Positions 34,872 through 44,853 of a stretch of DNA of 64,000 bases are shown here, piece after piece; position 1 is the first letter of the stretch, and every line of letters begins with the position of its first letter. The notes under the pieces were generated by a model that had not been told where the DNA came from, ran no database searches, and saw only the letters and a program-made list of their open reading frames with translations. This DNA comes from Oscillospiraceae bacterium (GTDB taxonomy: Bacteria; Bacillota; Clostridia; Oscillospirales; Oscillospiraceae), in contig SVKP01000056.1 in assembly GCA_015068395.1 (NCBI GenBank), forward strand, positions 3,844 to 67,843, given 5' to 3'. A program made the position numbers and the translations under genes.

Positions 34872-36539
34872 TTATTCGAAGCTGATGATGTAGTAGTATA
34901 CGGGCTGGCCGCCGGAGAGGACGCTGATCTCGGCGTCGGGGAGCTTTTCGGAGAAGCATGCGGCGTCGCAGTTCGCCTCCGCCTCGTCGACGTCCTCGCC
35001 GTAGAAAACGCTGATGAACTCCGCGCCCTGCGCCGCCGCGGCGTCGGCAAGCTGCGAGAGCAGATCGGAGATGCTCTTGTTCACGCCGAAGAGCTTGCCG
35101 TCGAGCAGGGCGAGGAAGTCGCCCTCGTGGATCTCGTTGCCGTCAAAGTCGGAGTCGCGCGCGGCATAGGTGATCTGCGCGGTGGTGACGTTCTTTGCGG
35201 CGTCGAGCATCGCCTGCTCGATCGACTCGGCGTCGCTCTCCGGGTCCACCGCCATCATCGCGGCGATGCCCTGCGGCACGGTCGAGGTCGGGATGACGAC
35301 GATCTTGCGGTCGGTCAGACCGACGCACTGCTGCGCCGCCATGACGATGTTCTTGTTGTTCGGCAGCACGAAGACCGTGTCGGCGTTCGTGCGCTCGATC
35401 TCCTTCAAAATGCTTTCGGTGGAGGGGTTCATCGTCTGCCCGCCGCTGATTACGCCGTCGACGCCCATGTCGCGGAAGACGTCGGCAAGCCCGTCGCCCG
35501 CGCAGACCGCCAGAAAGCCGAAGGGCTTGCGCTCCTCATCATCCACGGGGCAAGGAGCGGCGGCTTCGTCGTCGTCCTCCAGCTCGTCGGCGGTGATGGT
35601 CTTGCGGCCCGCCGCCACATCCTCCTGCTGGATGCGCATGTTCTCGATCTTGGCAACCTCCAGCGTGCCGTATTGCTGCGCGGCGTTGAGCGCGTCGCCC
35701 GGCGTGTCCGTGTGGACGTGGACCTTGAACATGTCGTCGCCCTCGCTGATGACGATGCTGTCGCCGATGGAGTCCAGATACTCGCGGAACGGGGCGAGAT
35801 CGCGCTGCTGCGTCTTGCGCACGATGAACACCGTGTCGAAGGTGAAGGTGATGTCCTCGTCGCCGAGGTTGGCAAAATCCGCCTTGTCGCGTTCCTCGAC
35901 GGCGGCGTCTGTCTCCGGCAGCTTTTCGCCGCGCAGGCTCGCGAGCATTCCCTCGAGGATAATCAGGTAGCCCTTGCCGCCCGCGTCGACCACGCCGGCG
36001 CGCTTGAGCACGGGGTTCATGTTGACGGTCTCCTTCAGCGTCTCCCCACCCTCGCGGATCGCCGTTTCGAGGATGTATTCCACGCTGTTGTTCTCGCCCG
36101 CCGCACACATCGCCGCGTCGGAGGCGAGGCGGGAGACGGTGAGGATCGTGCCCTCCGCCGGCTTCATGACCGCGTTGTATGCGGCGGCGACGCCCTCCTG
36201 CATGGCGCTGGCAAACGCGACGCCGTCCGCGGTCTCCTCTCCCTTGAGACTTTTGGCGATGCCGCGGAAGAGCAGGGACAGGATGACGCCCGAGTTTCCG
36301 CGCGCGCCGCGCAGCATCGCGTTCGCCGCGACGTTGGCGACCTCGCCGACGGAGGAGAACTCCTTGTTTTTCAGCTCCGCCGCCGCGGTTTGAATGGTGA
36401 GGCTCATATTGGTGCCCGTGTCGCCGTCCGGCACGGGAAAGACGTTCAGATCGTTGATGCGCTGCTTTGCCGCGGTGACGGATACGGCTCCGAAGAGCAG
36501 CATGTCCCGAAAGGCTGCTGCGGTGATGGTGTCCTGCAT
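34872..36539 (-). CDS. fakA: DAK2-domain fatty acid kinase subunit A (YloV)
   Basis: LNVFPVPDGDTGTNM, GARGNSGVILS, VVDAGG, GGQTMNPS and GGQPVYYYIIS. Confidence 0.95.
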   Translation of the reverse strand: MQDTITAAAFRDMLLFGAVSVTAAKQRINDLNVFPVPDGDTGTNMSLTIQTAAAELKNKEFSSVGEVANVAANAMLRGARGNSGVILSLLFRGIAKSLKGEETADGVAFASAMQEGVAAAYNAVMKPAEGTILTVSRLASDAAMCAAGENNSVEYILETAIREGGETLKETVNMNPVLKRAGVVDAGGKGYLIILEGMLASLRGEKLPETDAAVEERDKADFANLGDEDITFTFDTVFIVRKTQQRDLAPFREYLDSIGDSIVISEGDDMFKVHVHTDTPGDALNAAQQYGTLEVAKIENMRIQQEDVAAGRKTITADELEDDDEAAAPCPVDDEERKPFGFLAVCAGDGLADVFRDMGVDGVISGGQTMNPSTESILKEIERTNADTVFVLPNNKNIVMAAQQCVGLTDRKIVVIPTSTVPQGIAAMMAVDPESDAESIEQAMLDAAKNVTTAQITYAARDSDFDGNEIHEGDFLALLDGKLFGVNKSISDLLSQLADAAAAQGAEFISVFYGEDVDEAEANCDAACFSEKLPDAEISVLSGGQPVYYYIISFE

Positions 36540-36554
36540 GGGGCTCGGTTCCTC

Positions 36555-36905
36555 CTACATCGTGATGCTGTCGACGCAAACGTCGACGCTGCGAATGCGC
36601 GCGCCGGTGTTCTTGTTGACAAGATAGCGCACCTGCGAAATGATCTCACGCGAAATGGCGATCATGTTCACGCCGTGCTCGACGATGATGTGCAGCTCAA
36701 TGGAGATGTCGCCCTCGTCGTGCTGCGTGATGTGAACGCCTTTGCTCATCGCCTCGCCGCGCAGCAGATGGACGAGACCGTCGGTCATGGAGCGGTATGC
36801 CATACCCTTGACACCGTAGCAGCTCGTTGCCGCCGCGCCGGTGATGTTGGAGAGCACCGTATCGCTGATCAGGATCTCGCCCTGATCGGTTTGGAGCTTG
36901 AACAT
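36555..36905 (-). CDS. Asp23/Gls24 family protein (YloU)
   Basis: GAAATSCYGVKGM...IELHIIVEHGVN. Canonical partner upstream of fakA. Confidence 0.92.
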   Translation of the reverse strand: MFKLQTDQGEILISDTVLSNITGAAATSCYGVKGMAYRSMTDGLVHLLRGEAMSKGVHITQHDEGDISIELHIIVEHGVNMIAISREIISQVRYLVNKNTGARIRSVDVCVDSITM

Positions 36906-37097
36906 AAAAGGTCTCCTTTCGCAAAGCCTTTTCAATTCAGATTCATCGGATGCAATTCCGGCTCTGTGTACAGTTATACTATTATAAACGAAGCATTGGA
37001 GAATAACAATAGTTATTTTGCTCGAAAACTGACTCTTGAAAAACGAAAAAGTTTCCCGTAAGATAAAAGAGCAGTTCTAAACGGAAGGAAGATACGC

Positions 37098-37655
37098 ATG
37101 CGGGTCATCACAGGGTCGGCGCGCGGAAGGCGCCTCGGCGAGCTCAAGGGGCAGGAAACACGCCCCACTGCCGGCAAGGTCAAGGAGGGCGTGTTCAGCG
37201 CGCTGCAATTTGATATCGAGGGGCGCCGTGTGCTCGACTTGTTCGCCGGGACCGGTCAGATGGGGATCGAGGCGCTCTCCCGCGGGGCGGCGTCCTGTGT
37301 GTTTGTCGACCGCAGAACGGACGCAGTCAGGCTCGTGCGGGACAACCTCGCCGTCTGCGCGCTTGCGGACAAGGCGCAGGTCGTCTGCGCGGATGCGATG
37401 GGCTACCTTTCCTCCGTGCGCACGAAGTTTGACCTGATCTTTCTGGACCCGCCCTATGCCGACGACGTGCTGGAGCGCGCCCTTGCGCACATTGCACGGT
37501 TTGACATTCTCGCGCCGCGTGGTATAATCGTGGCGGAGTGCCCGGTGGGCAAGGCGCTGCCGCAGCTCAGCGCGCCGTATGGGATCTACCGCGAGTACCG
37601 CTATGGTAAAATTAAGGTGACGATCTATCACCGCGGGGAAGAGGAGCAGGCATGA
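37098..37655 (+). CDS. rsmD: 16S rRNA m2G966 methyltransferase
   Basis: MRVITGSARGRRL, TRPT, LDLFAGTG and FLDPPY. Confidence 0.95.
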   Translation: MRVITGSARGRRLGELKGQETRPTAGKVKEGVFSALQFDIEGRRVLDLFAGTGQMGIEALSRGAASCVFVDRRTDAVRLVRDNLAVCALADKAQVVCADAMGYLSSVRTKFDLIFLDPPYADDVLERALAHIARFDILAPRGIIVAECPVGKALPQLSAPYGIYREYRYGKIKVTIYHRGEEEQA

Positions 37656-38134
37656 AAATTGCGGTCTATCCCGGGAGCTTCGATCCCGTTACGCTCGGCC
37701 ACATGGACGTGATCGTGCGCTCGTCGGAGCTGTTCGACCGGGTCTATGTGTGCGCGATGGTGAACGCGGGGAAAAATCCAATGTTTACCACGCAGCAGCG
37801 CTTTGAGCTGCTCTGCGCGGCGACTGCGGAGCTTCCCAACGTGACGGCGGAGCTGTGGACGGGGCTGCTTGCGGACTATGCGCGCAGCCGCGGCGCACGC
37901 TGGCTCGTCAAGGGTACGCGCAGCGGCACGGACTTTGACGCGGAGTTCGCCATGGCGCAGATCAACCGCTCGCTGGACGCGCAGCTCGACACGCTGCTTC
38001 TGCCCGCGCGTGCGGAGCTGCTGCACCTCAGCTCGTCCATGGTGCGAGAGATGATTAAGTATAAGCGCCCGCTCGAGCCATGCATGCCCGGACCGGCGAT
38101 CGCGTTAATGAAAGGATGGGAAATGAATGGCTGA
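37652..38134 (+). CDS. coaD: Pantetheine-phosphate adenylyltransferase
   Basis: YPGSFDPVTLGH and LSSSMVRE. Confidence 0.96.
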   Translation: MKIAVYPGSFDPVTLGHMDVIVRSSELFDRVYVCAMVNAGKNPMFTTQQRFELLCAATAELPNVTAELWTGLLADYARSRGARWLVKGTRSGTDFDAEFAMAQINRSLDAQLDTLLLPARAELLHLSSSMVREMIKYKRPLEPCMPGPAIALMKGWEMNG

Positions 38135-38654
38135 TCGTGACGTAAAGACCCTGATCGACATGCTGTATGATATGGTAAACGATGCGAAGGGAGTGCCCCT
38201 GAGCGCCGAAAAGTGCATCATCGACCGCGAGACGGCGCTCGACCTTCTAGACGAGATCCGCGAGGGGCTGCCCGCGGAGCTCAAGCTGGCGCAGGACCTG
38301 ATCGACGCGAAGGAGGAGTATGTGAACTCCGCGAAGCGCGAGGTCGGCAGGATGATGCAGAAGGCGGAGTTTGACGCAAAGAGCAAGGTGTCCGACAGCG
38401 AGGTGCTGGTCGCCGCGCGCGAGCGGGGCCATGAGATCGTGCAGCGCGCGGAGGACCGCGCCAACGAGATGTACCGCGTCGTCAACGAGTACACCGAGGA
38501 CGCCCTGCGTCGCACGGAGGAGGCGATCCAGGCGGCGCTCGACGAGGTGAAGGAAAGCCGCGTGAAGTTCCGCGCCGCCTCCGCCGCCAGACGGCAGAAG
38601 GACCGCGAGGAATTGAGTAAGGCTGCACGAGCGGACAACAAAAATCCAACATAA
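38127..38654 (+). CDS. Conserved coiled-coil protein usually found downstream of coaD
   Basis: AKGVPLS...LDLLDEIREGLPAELKLA, coiled-coil composition and conserved position. Confidence 0.8.
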   Translation: MADRDVKTLIDMLYDMVNDAKGVPLSAEKCIIDRETALDLLDEIREGLPAELKLAQDLIDAKEEYVNSAKREVGRMMQKAEFDAKSKVSDSEVLVAARERGHEIVQRAEDRANEMYRVVNEYTEDALRRTEEAIQAALDEVKESRVKFRAASAARRQKDREELSKAARADNKNPT

Positions 38655-38818
38655 ATTTTGTAAACAATATACAAATACTTAACGACAACCCAGATTTAGA
38701 AGCTCAAAAGCACGCCCGGCACCAAATGTTGTGTCGGGGTGCTTTCTTTTTATATGCAATTCGGAACGCATGTTTTAGTGTTGTACGAATTCGACAAAAG
38801 GCGGCAAAGAATTTGCAC

Positions 38819-38924
38819 TTGCATTTTCGCCCGCTGTTTCGTATACTCGAAAACGGAGTGGGGGAATGTGGAGCATTAGACCACAGAGTGGAGCCAAATT
38901 CCCTCAAAGCGAATGAGAGTGGAG
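38819..38924 (+). promoter_or_regulatory. dcw promoter with MraZ-binding repeats
   Basis: TTGCAT(38819)-N17-TATACT(38842), followed by GTGGGG/GTGGAG boxes at 38858, 38868, 38888 and 38919 (about 10-bp phasing). Confidence 0.75.
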
Positions 38925-39017
38925 TTCCGCCTGTCATCTCGAAAAAAGGGATGACAGGAGGCTTTGCCCTCCATTTGCGCATCTTCCGGCAGTATGGACG
39001 GGGAAGGGGGGACAGCC

Positions 39018-39440
39018 TTGAACGGACAGTATCAACACAGCGTTGACGCGAAGGGACGGCTGTTCATCCCCGCGAAGCTCCGCGAGGAGCTGGGCGAGAC
39101 CTTCTATGTGACGATCTCGATCACCGACCGCTGCCTTACCATTTACTCCGAGGCCGGTTGGAAAAGGCTGGAGGAGAAGTTTGAAAGCCTTCCCTATTCG
39201 GACGCAAGGCGCGCGGCGCGGCTTTTGTTCGGCAACGCCGCGAAGTGCGAGCCGGACGCGCAGGGGCGCATCCTGCTGCCGCAGAACCTCCGGGATTACG
39301 CAGGACTGAAAAAAGACGTGATCGTGGCAGGCATCTCCGCCCGCGCCGAGATCTGGGACATGGAGACGTGGACCGCGATGGAGACCGCGGACATGGAGAG
39401 CGGCGACATGCCATCCATTGCGGCGGCGCTGGGTATCTGA
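39018..39440 (+). CDS. mraZ: Division/cell-wall cluster transcriptional repressor
   Basis: TTG start, GQYQHSVDAKGRLFIP, DAQGRILLP and AEIWD. Confidence 0.96.
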   Translation: MNGQYQHSVDAKGRLFIPAKLREELGETFYVTISITDRCLTIYSEAGWKRLEEKFESLPYSDARRAARLLFGNAAKCEPDAQGRILLPQNLRDYAGLKKDVIVAGISARAEIWDMETWTAMETADMESGDMPSIAAALGI

Positions 39441-39441
39441 T

Positions 39442-40380
39442 ATGGACGTCGACTATGGACACAGGAGCGTGCTGCTCGACGAGTGCATCGAAGCGCTTGC
39501 CATCCGGCCGGACGGCGTCTACGTCGATGGGACGCTGGGCCGCGCGGGGCATTCCCTTGAGATCGTCCGCCGCCTGACGACGGGACGGCTGATTGCCCTC
39601 GACCGCGACGAGACGGCGCTTGCCGCCGCGCGGGAACGGCTTGCGGCGCACATGGACCGCGTGACGCTGGTGCACAGCAATTTCAGCCGCCTCGGCGCCG
39701 TGCTGGACGAGCTGGGCGTCGACGGCGCGGACGGGATGCTCTTTGATCTGGGCGTCTCCTCCCCGCAGCTGGACGACGCCTCGCGCGGCTTTTCCTACCG
39801 GCAGGACGCGCCGCTGGACATGCGAATGGACCGGGACGCGCCGTTGACGGCGAGGGAACTGGTCAACACATACCCCTGTGAGGAGCTTCGGCGCATCCTG
39901 CTCGATTACGGCGAGGAGCGCTATGCCCCGCAGATTGCGAGAGCGATTTGCGAGGCGCGGGAGAAAAAGCCCATCGAAACGACGTTGGAGCTTGCGGAGC
40001 TGATCCGCGGCGCAATGCCGGCGAAGGCGCTGCGGGAGAAGCAGCATCCGGCAAAGCGCAGCTTTCAGGCGATCCGCATCGCCGTCAACGATGAGTTGGG
40101 CGAGCTTGTCCCGATGCTCGACGCCGCCGAGGCGCATTTGAAGCCGGGCGGCAGGCTTGCGGTCATCACCTTCCACTCGCTGGAGGACCGGATCGTCAAG
40201 CAGAAATTTAAGGAGCTGTCCACGGGCTGCATCTGCCCGCCGGAGTTTCCCGTTTGTGTGTGCGGGAGGACTCCAAAGATCAGGCTCGTGACCCGGAAGC
40301 CCATCGTTCCCGGGCTGGACGAGCTGGACGGCAATCCGCGCTCCCGCAGCGCAAAGCTGCGCGTCGCGGAGAAATGTTGA
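39442..40380 (+). CDS. rsmH: 16S rRNA m4C1402 methyltransferase
   Basis: VDGTLGRAGHS, FDLGVSSPQLD, PLDMRM and NPRSRSAKLR. Confidence 0.97.
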   Translation: MDVDYGHRSVLLDECIEALAIRPDGVYVDGTLGRAGHSLEIVRRLTTGRLIALDRDETALAAARERLAAHMDRVTLVHSNFSRLGAVLDELGVDGADGMLFDLGVSSPQLDDASRGFSYRQDAPLDMRMDRDAPLTARELVNTYPCEELRRILLDYGEERYAPQIARAICEAREKKPIETTLELAELIRGAMPAKALREKQHPAKRSFQAIRIAVNDELGELVPMLDAAEAHLKPGGRLAVITFHSLEDRIVKQKFKELSTGCICPPEFPVCVCGRTPKIRLVTRKPIVPGLDELDGNPRSRSAKLRVAEKC

Positions 40381-40429
40381 AGGAAAGCAAAACCGAAGGA
40401 CAATGCTTGTGGGGAGAGGAGAGATCTGA

Positions 40430-41008
40430 ATGGCTGGTCGTCCGACGCGGCAGATGAATCGCAGCAACCGATACGTATCAGGCAACCTCGCGTATGATTT
40501 TGATTATCTGGAACGGGAACGCCGCCGCCGTGCGGACCGGGAACGGCAGGATTACGAGGAACGCCGCGAATACCAGAGCGCGCCGCGGCCCAGGCAGCAG
40601 AGAAAGCCTGCCGCGAAGCCCAAGCACCGCGAACGTATCCATGTGTCGCCGGTTGTGGTTATCGGGTTTGCCGTGGTCGCCGTGATGCTGGTGGCGCTTC
40701 TGGACAGCTACGCAGAGCTCACCGCGGTTTCCCGCGGCGTCGTGGCGATGCAGAGCGAGCTTGCCGCGCTGGAGGACGAGCACGTTGCCCTGCTCGGACG
40801 GTATGAAAGGACCTTCGATCTCTCTGCCGTCAAGGAGGCGGCGGAGACCGCCGGAATGGCTAAGCCCAGCTCTTCTCAGATCTACTACGTCGACCTGTCT
40901 GCGCCGGACAGCGTAATTTTATACCAGAGCGCGGAGCTCAATGTGATGGAGCGAGCCTTCTCCACGGTGGGGCAGGACGTCGTCGCTCTGGTGGAATATT
41001 TCAAATAA
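40430..41008 (+). CDS. FtsL-like cell division protein
   Basis: GNLAYD N-terminus, single TM, then coiled coil and AETAGMAKP. Lies between rsmH and the PBP gene. Confidence 0.75.
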   Translation: MAGRPTRQMNRSNRYVSGNLAYDFDYLERERRRRADRERQDYEERREYQSAPRPRQQRKPAAKPKHRERIHVSPVVVIGFAVVAVMLVALLDSYAELTAVSRGVVAMQSELAALEDEHVALLGRYERTFDLSAVKEAAETAGMAKPSSSQIYYVDLSAPDSVILYQSAELNVMERAFSTVGQDVVALVEYFK

Positions 41009-41078
41009 ACAGCGCTATACATAAGGAGTGAGGGGCAGCCTTGCTCCTTATGTCCCGTATTTGAAGGAGACTCAACTT

Positions 41079-43307
41079 ATGGCACCAACCTCGAAAAGGC
41101 GTTCGGATTCGGTGCGCCGTGCCAATCGAATGATCGGGCTCCGAACGCTGGTGCTGCTTGCGGTTTTCGGCGTGGGCACCTTTGCCTTGCTGTTTTCCGG
41201 GCTTTACAAGCTGCAAATCACGCGCCACGACGAGCTGCAGGACCTCGCCGTCCGCCAGCAGACGCTGCGGACGACCGTAGGCGCGTCGCGCGGCGCGATC
41301 TATGACCGCAACGGGCGTACGCTTGCGATCTCCTCGACGGCGGAAAACGTCTGCCTTTCGCCGCGCCAGCTCAAGAAGGACGGCGTGGACCTCGACCTCG
41401 CCGCGCAGAAGCTCTCGGAGATCCTGGGCGTGGACGTGGAAAAGGTCCGCGGGGACATGGACGTCGACACCAGCTATCGCGTGGTCAAAAAATGCGTCGA
41501 GCAGGAGGACGCCGACCGCGTCCGTGAATTTATCAACGAGTACGACATAGGCAACGGCATCTTTTTCGAGCAGACGACGAAGCGCTACTATCCCTACGGC
41601 TCACTGGCGTCGAACGTGATCGGCTTCACCAACGAGGAGGGCGGCGCCTACGGGCTTGAGGCGGTGTATAACGAAGAGCTCAACGGCGAGAGCGGCATGG
41701 TCATCATGGCGAAGGACGTCAACGGCACGCCGATGCTCTACCAGTACGAGCAGTATTTCGACGCGAAGGACGGCTGCTCGCTCAACACCACGCTCGACAC
41801 CACCGTGCAGTATTACCTCGAAAAGGGGCTCGCGGAGCTCGAGGCGCGCTACGGCACCGGAAAGGGCGCGACCGGCATCGTGATGGACGTCAAGACCGCC
41901 GCCATCCTCGGCATGGCGTCGCTGCCGAACTACGATCTCAACAGCCCCGGCACGCTCTACACCGAGTCCCTGACCCGAGGCATGAGCGAGGAGGAGATCA
42001 CCGAAAAGCTCTCTGACCTGCGCTTCCGCCAGTGGCGCAACAAGGCGATCAACGACACCTACGAGCCGGGCTCGACCTTCAAGATCCTCACGCTTTCGAT
42101 GGGGCTTGAGGAGGGCGTAATCAACCTGGGCACGACCTTTGAGTGCACAGGCAACATCGTGGTGGAGAAGGAGATCATCCACTGCTCCAACCGCAGCGGG
42201 CACGGGCACCAGACGCTCAAGCAGGCGGTCGGGAACTCCTGCAACCCCGCGTTCATCAACATCGGCATGCGCGTGGGCAACGAGAGATTTTACAACTACA
42301 TGAAGGCGTTCGGCCTGACGGAAAAGACCGGCATTGACACCACCGGCGAGGCGAGCGGATTCGTCAACAGCGAGATTGAGCGCTCGACGCTGGCGCTGGC
42401 GTGCTATGCCTTCGGCCAGAACTTCAACGTGACGCCCGTCGCGCTCATCGCGGCGCAGGCGGCGTGCATCAACGGCGGATATTTGCGTACGCCCTATCTG
42501 GTCGACCAGGTCGTCGACGCCGACGGCAACGTGACATACCGGCACGACTCGACGCCGGTGCGTCAGGTCATCTCCGAGGAGACCAGCGCGACGGTGCGGG
42601 ACATTCTGGAATACGTCGTCGCCGAGGGCACGGGAAAGAACGGCAAGGTCGCGGGCTACCGCATCGGCGGCAAGACCGGTACGGCGGATAAGGTCGGCGG
42701 CAACGTCATCGTGTCCTTTGTCTGCTTCGCGCCCGCGGACGACCCGCAGGTCATCATGCTGCTCACGCTCGACGAGCCGGACCGCGACACCGGGACCTAC
42801 GTCTCCGGCGGAAACATGGTCGCCCCCGTGGCGAGCAGCGTCATGGCGGAGCTTCTGCCGTATCTCGGCATCGAGCCGACCTACAGCGCGGAGGAGCTCG
42901 TCGGCGCGGACGCCACAGTGCCGAACCTTGTCGGCGAGACGGCTGAGGAGGCGGAAAAACGCCTCAAGGAGCTGGGCTTCGGCTGCACGCTGGTCGGCGA
43001 GGCGGAGACCGTCACGGACCAGACGCCGCTCGGCGGCGCGATCGTGCCGAACAACGCCTCAATCATCCTCTACTGCGGCGAGGAGAAGGCCGACGCGCCG
43101 TGCATTGTTCCGAACGTGATCGGTGACAGCGCTTCGGTCGCGAACCAGAAGCTGACGAACGCCGGGCTTATCATGTCGATCTCCGGCGCGACGAACCGCA
43201 GCTCCGCGAGCGTGCGCGCGATCGCGCAGTCCGAGGAACCGGGCAAGGAGGTCCCGGCGGGCACGGTGGTGCGCGTGCAGCTGAGCGATTCGTCGGTCAC
43301 GGACTGA
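41079..43307 (+). CDS. Class B penicillin-binding protein (FtsI/SpoVD-like) with two PASTA domains
   Basis: RGAIYDRNG, RYYPYG, EPGSTFK (SxxK), SCN, KTGT and VPNL/VPNV PASTA repeats. Confidence 0.95.
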   Translation: MAPTSKRRSDSVRRANRMIGLRTLVLLAVFGVGTFALLFSGLYKLQITRHDELQDLAVRQQTLRTTVGASRGAIYDRNGRTLAISSTAENVCLSPRQLKKDGVDLDLAAQKLSEILGVDVEKVRGDMDVDTSYRVVKKCVEQEDADRVREFINEYDIGNGIFFEQTTKRYYPYGSLASNVIGFTNEEGGAYGLEAVYNEELNGESGMVIMAKDVNGTPMLYQYEQYFDAKDGCSLNTTLDTTVQYYLEKGLAELEARYGTGKGATGIVMDVKTAAILGMASLPNYDLNSPGTLYTESLTRGMSEEEITEKLSDLRFRQWRNKAINDTYEPGSTFKILTLSMGLEEGVINLGTTFECTGNIVVEKEIIHCSNRSGHGHQTLKQAVGNSCNPAFINIGMRVGNERFYNYMKAFGLTEKTGIDTTGEASGFVNSEIERSTLALACYAFGQNFNVTPVALIAAQAACINGGYLRTPYLVDQVVDADGNVTYRHDSTPVRQVISEETSATVRDILEYVVAEGTGKNGKVAGYRIGGKTGTADKVGGNVIVSFVCFAPADDPQVIMLLTLDEPDRDTGTYVSGGNMVAPVASSVMAELLPYLGIEPTYSAEELVGADATVPNLVGETAEEAEKRLKELGFGCTLVGEAETVTDQTPLGGAIVPNNASIILYCGEEKADAPCIVPNVIGDSASVANQKLTNAGLIMSISGATNRSSASVRAIAQSEEPGKEVPAGTVVRVQLSDSSVTD

Positions 43308-43375
43308 TACGAAAGGTATTCGTAAGAGGGACTGCATCAGACAACGATACTCAATGGTGAAAGGGAAGCTTTCCA

Positions 43376-44824
43376 ACGCGCTTATCGGAACTGCTTGCAC
43401 CGCTGACGACGTATGAGCTTCACGCGCCCGAGGAGCTTGCGATCACGCATTTGACCAACGATTCCCGCGCGGCGGAGCCGGGCAGCCTGTTCGCCGCCCT
43501 GCACGGGGAGAAGGAGGACGGCGGACGCTTTTTCGCGGACGCGCTGGCAAACGGCGCGGTGTGCGCGCTGTGCGAGTCGCCGCCGGACGTCGACGTCCCA
43601 TACGTCCTTGTGCCGGACGCGCGCTTCGCGCTTGCGCAGATGGCGGCGGCGTGGTACGGGGAACCGGCGAAAAAGCTGATTACGGTCGGCGTCACGGGCA
43701 CGAACGGGAAGACCACGACGACGTGGCTCATTAAGCAGCTGCTGGAAAAGACGCTGGGGGCGAAGGTCGGGCTCGTCGGGACCAATCAGAACATGATCGG
43801 CGGCGAGGTCCTCAGCGCGGAGCGCACGACGCCGGACTGCCTGACGCTCCAGCGCCTGCTTGCCGATATGGTCTCCGCGGGCTGCACGCACGCGGTGATG
43901 GAGGCGTCCTCCCACGCGCTTTCACAGCACCGAACGGCGGGCATTTTGTTTGACGCCGCCGTGTTCACCAACCTCACGCAAGACCATCTTGACTACCATG
44001 GTACAATGGAAGCCTACTGCGACGCGAAGGCGCGGCTGTTCCGCCAGTGCCGTGCCGCGGCGGTCAACGGCGACAGCCGCTGGTCTGCGCGCATCCTGTC
44101 CGGTTCCACATGCGAGGTGCTGCGCTTCGGACAGAGCCTGACGAACGATCTGGTCGGCTGGCGGCTGCGCTACGAAAACGACCGCGTGCGCTTCACACTC
44201 TGCGACGAGCGGGAGCACATCGAGACCTACGTTCCGATCCCCGGCGACTTTTCCCTCTACAACGCGCTTGCCGCCCTGTCGGCGCTCAAGCTGCTGGGCG
44301 TGCCGCTGCGCGACGCCGCACAGGCGCTTCAAAGCTGCCACGGCGTGCGCGGGCGCTGCGAGGTTGTGCCGACGGACACGAACTACACCGTGCTCATCGA
44401 CTACGCGCACACGCCGGACGGGCTGAAAAACATTTTGGAGACGGTCTGCGGCTTCGCGGAGGGGCGCGTTTTGACCGTGTTCGGCTGCGGCGGGGACCGC
44501 GACCGCACGAAGCGGCCCCGGATGGGGCGGATTGCCGCGGCGCTTTCCGACTATGCCATCGTCACCAGCGACAATCCGCGCACCGAATCCCCCTACGCGA
44601 TCCTGCACGACGTTTTGGAGGGAATGCGCGGCTCGCTGACGCCGTTCGCGGTCATCGAGGACCGGCGCGAGGCGATCGCCTATGCGCTGGACCACGCGAA
44701 GCGCGGCGACGTGGTGCTGCTGGCGGGCAAGGGGCATGAGACATACCAGACGGTCGGAACAAAGAACTACCCCATGGACGAGCGGCAAATCGTGCGGGAG
44801 CATCTGCAAAAGAATACGACTTAA
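43376..44824 (+). CDS. murE: UDP-MurNAc-Ala-Glu--diaminopimelate ligase; start probably ACG at 43376
   Basis: GVTGTNGKTTT, MEASSH, TNLTQDHLDYH, DYAHTPD, FGCGGDRD, SDNPR (mDAP motif) and AGKGHE. Confidence 0.95.
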   Translation, partial: TRLSELLAPLTTYELHAPEELAITHLTNDSRAAEPGSLFAALHGEKEDGGRFFADALANGAVCALCESPPDVDVPYVLVPDARFALAQMAAAWYGEPAKKLITVGVTGTNGKTTTTWLIKQLLEKTLGAKVGLVGTNQNMIGGEVLSAERTTPDCLTLQRLLADMVSAGCTHAVMEASSHALSQHRTAGILFDAAVFTNLTQDHLDYHGTMEAYCDAKARLFRQCRAAAVNGDSRWSARILSGSTCEVLRFGQSLTNDLVGWRLRYENDRVRFTLCDEREHIETYVPIPGDFSLYNALAALSALKLLGVPLRDAAQALQSCHGVRGRCEVVPTDTNYTVLIDYAHTPDGLKNILETVCGFAEGRVLTVFGCGGDRDRTKRPRMGRIAAALSDYAIVTSDNPRTESPYAILHDVLEGMRGSLTPFAVIEDRREAIAYALDHAKRGDVVLLAGKGHETYQTVGTKNYPMDERQIVREHLQKNTT

Positions 44825-44853
44825 TCACTTGTGTGTACGAAGGAGAAATCAAC

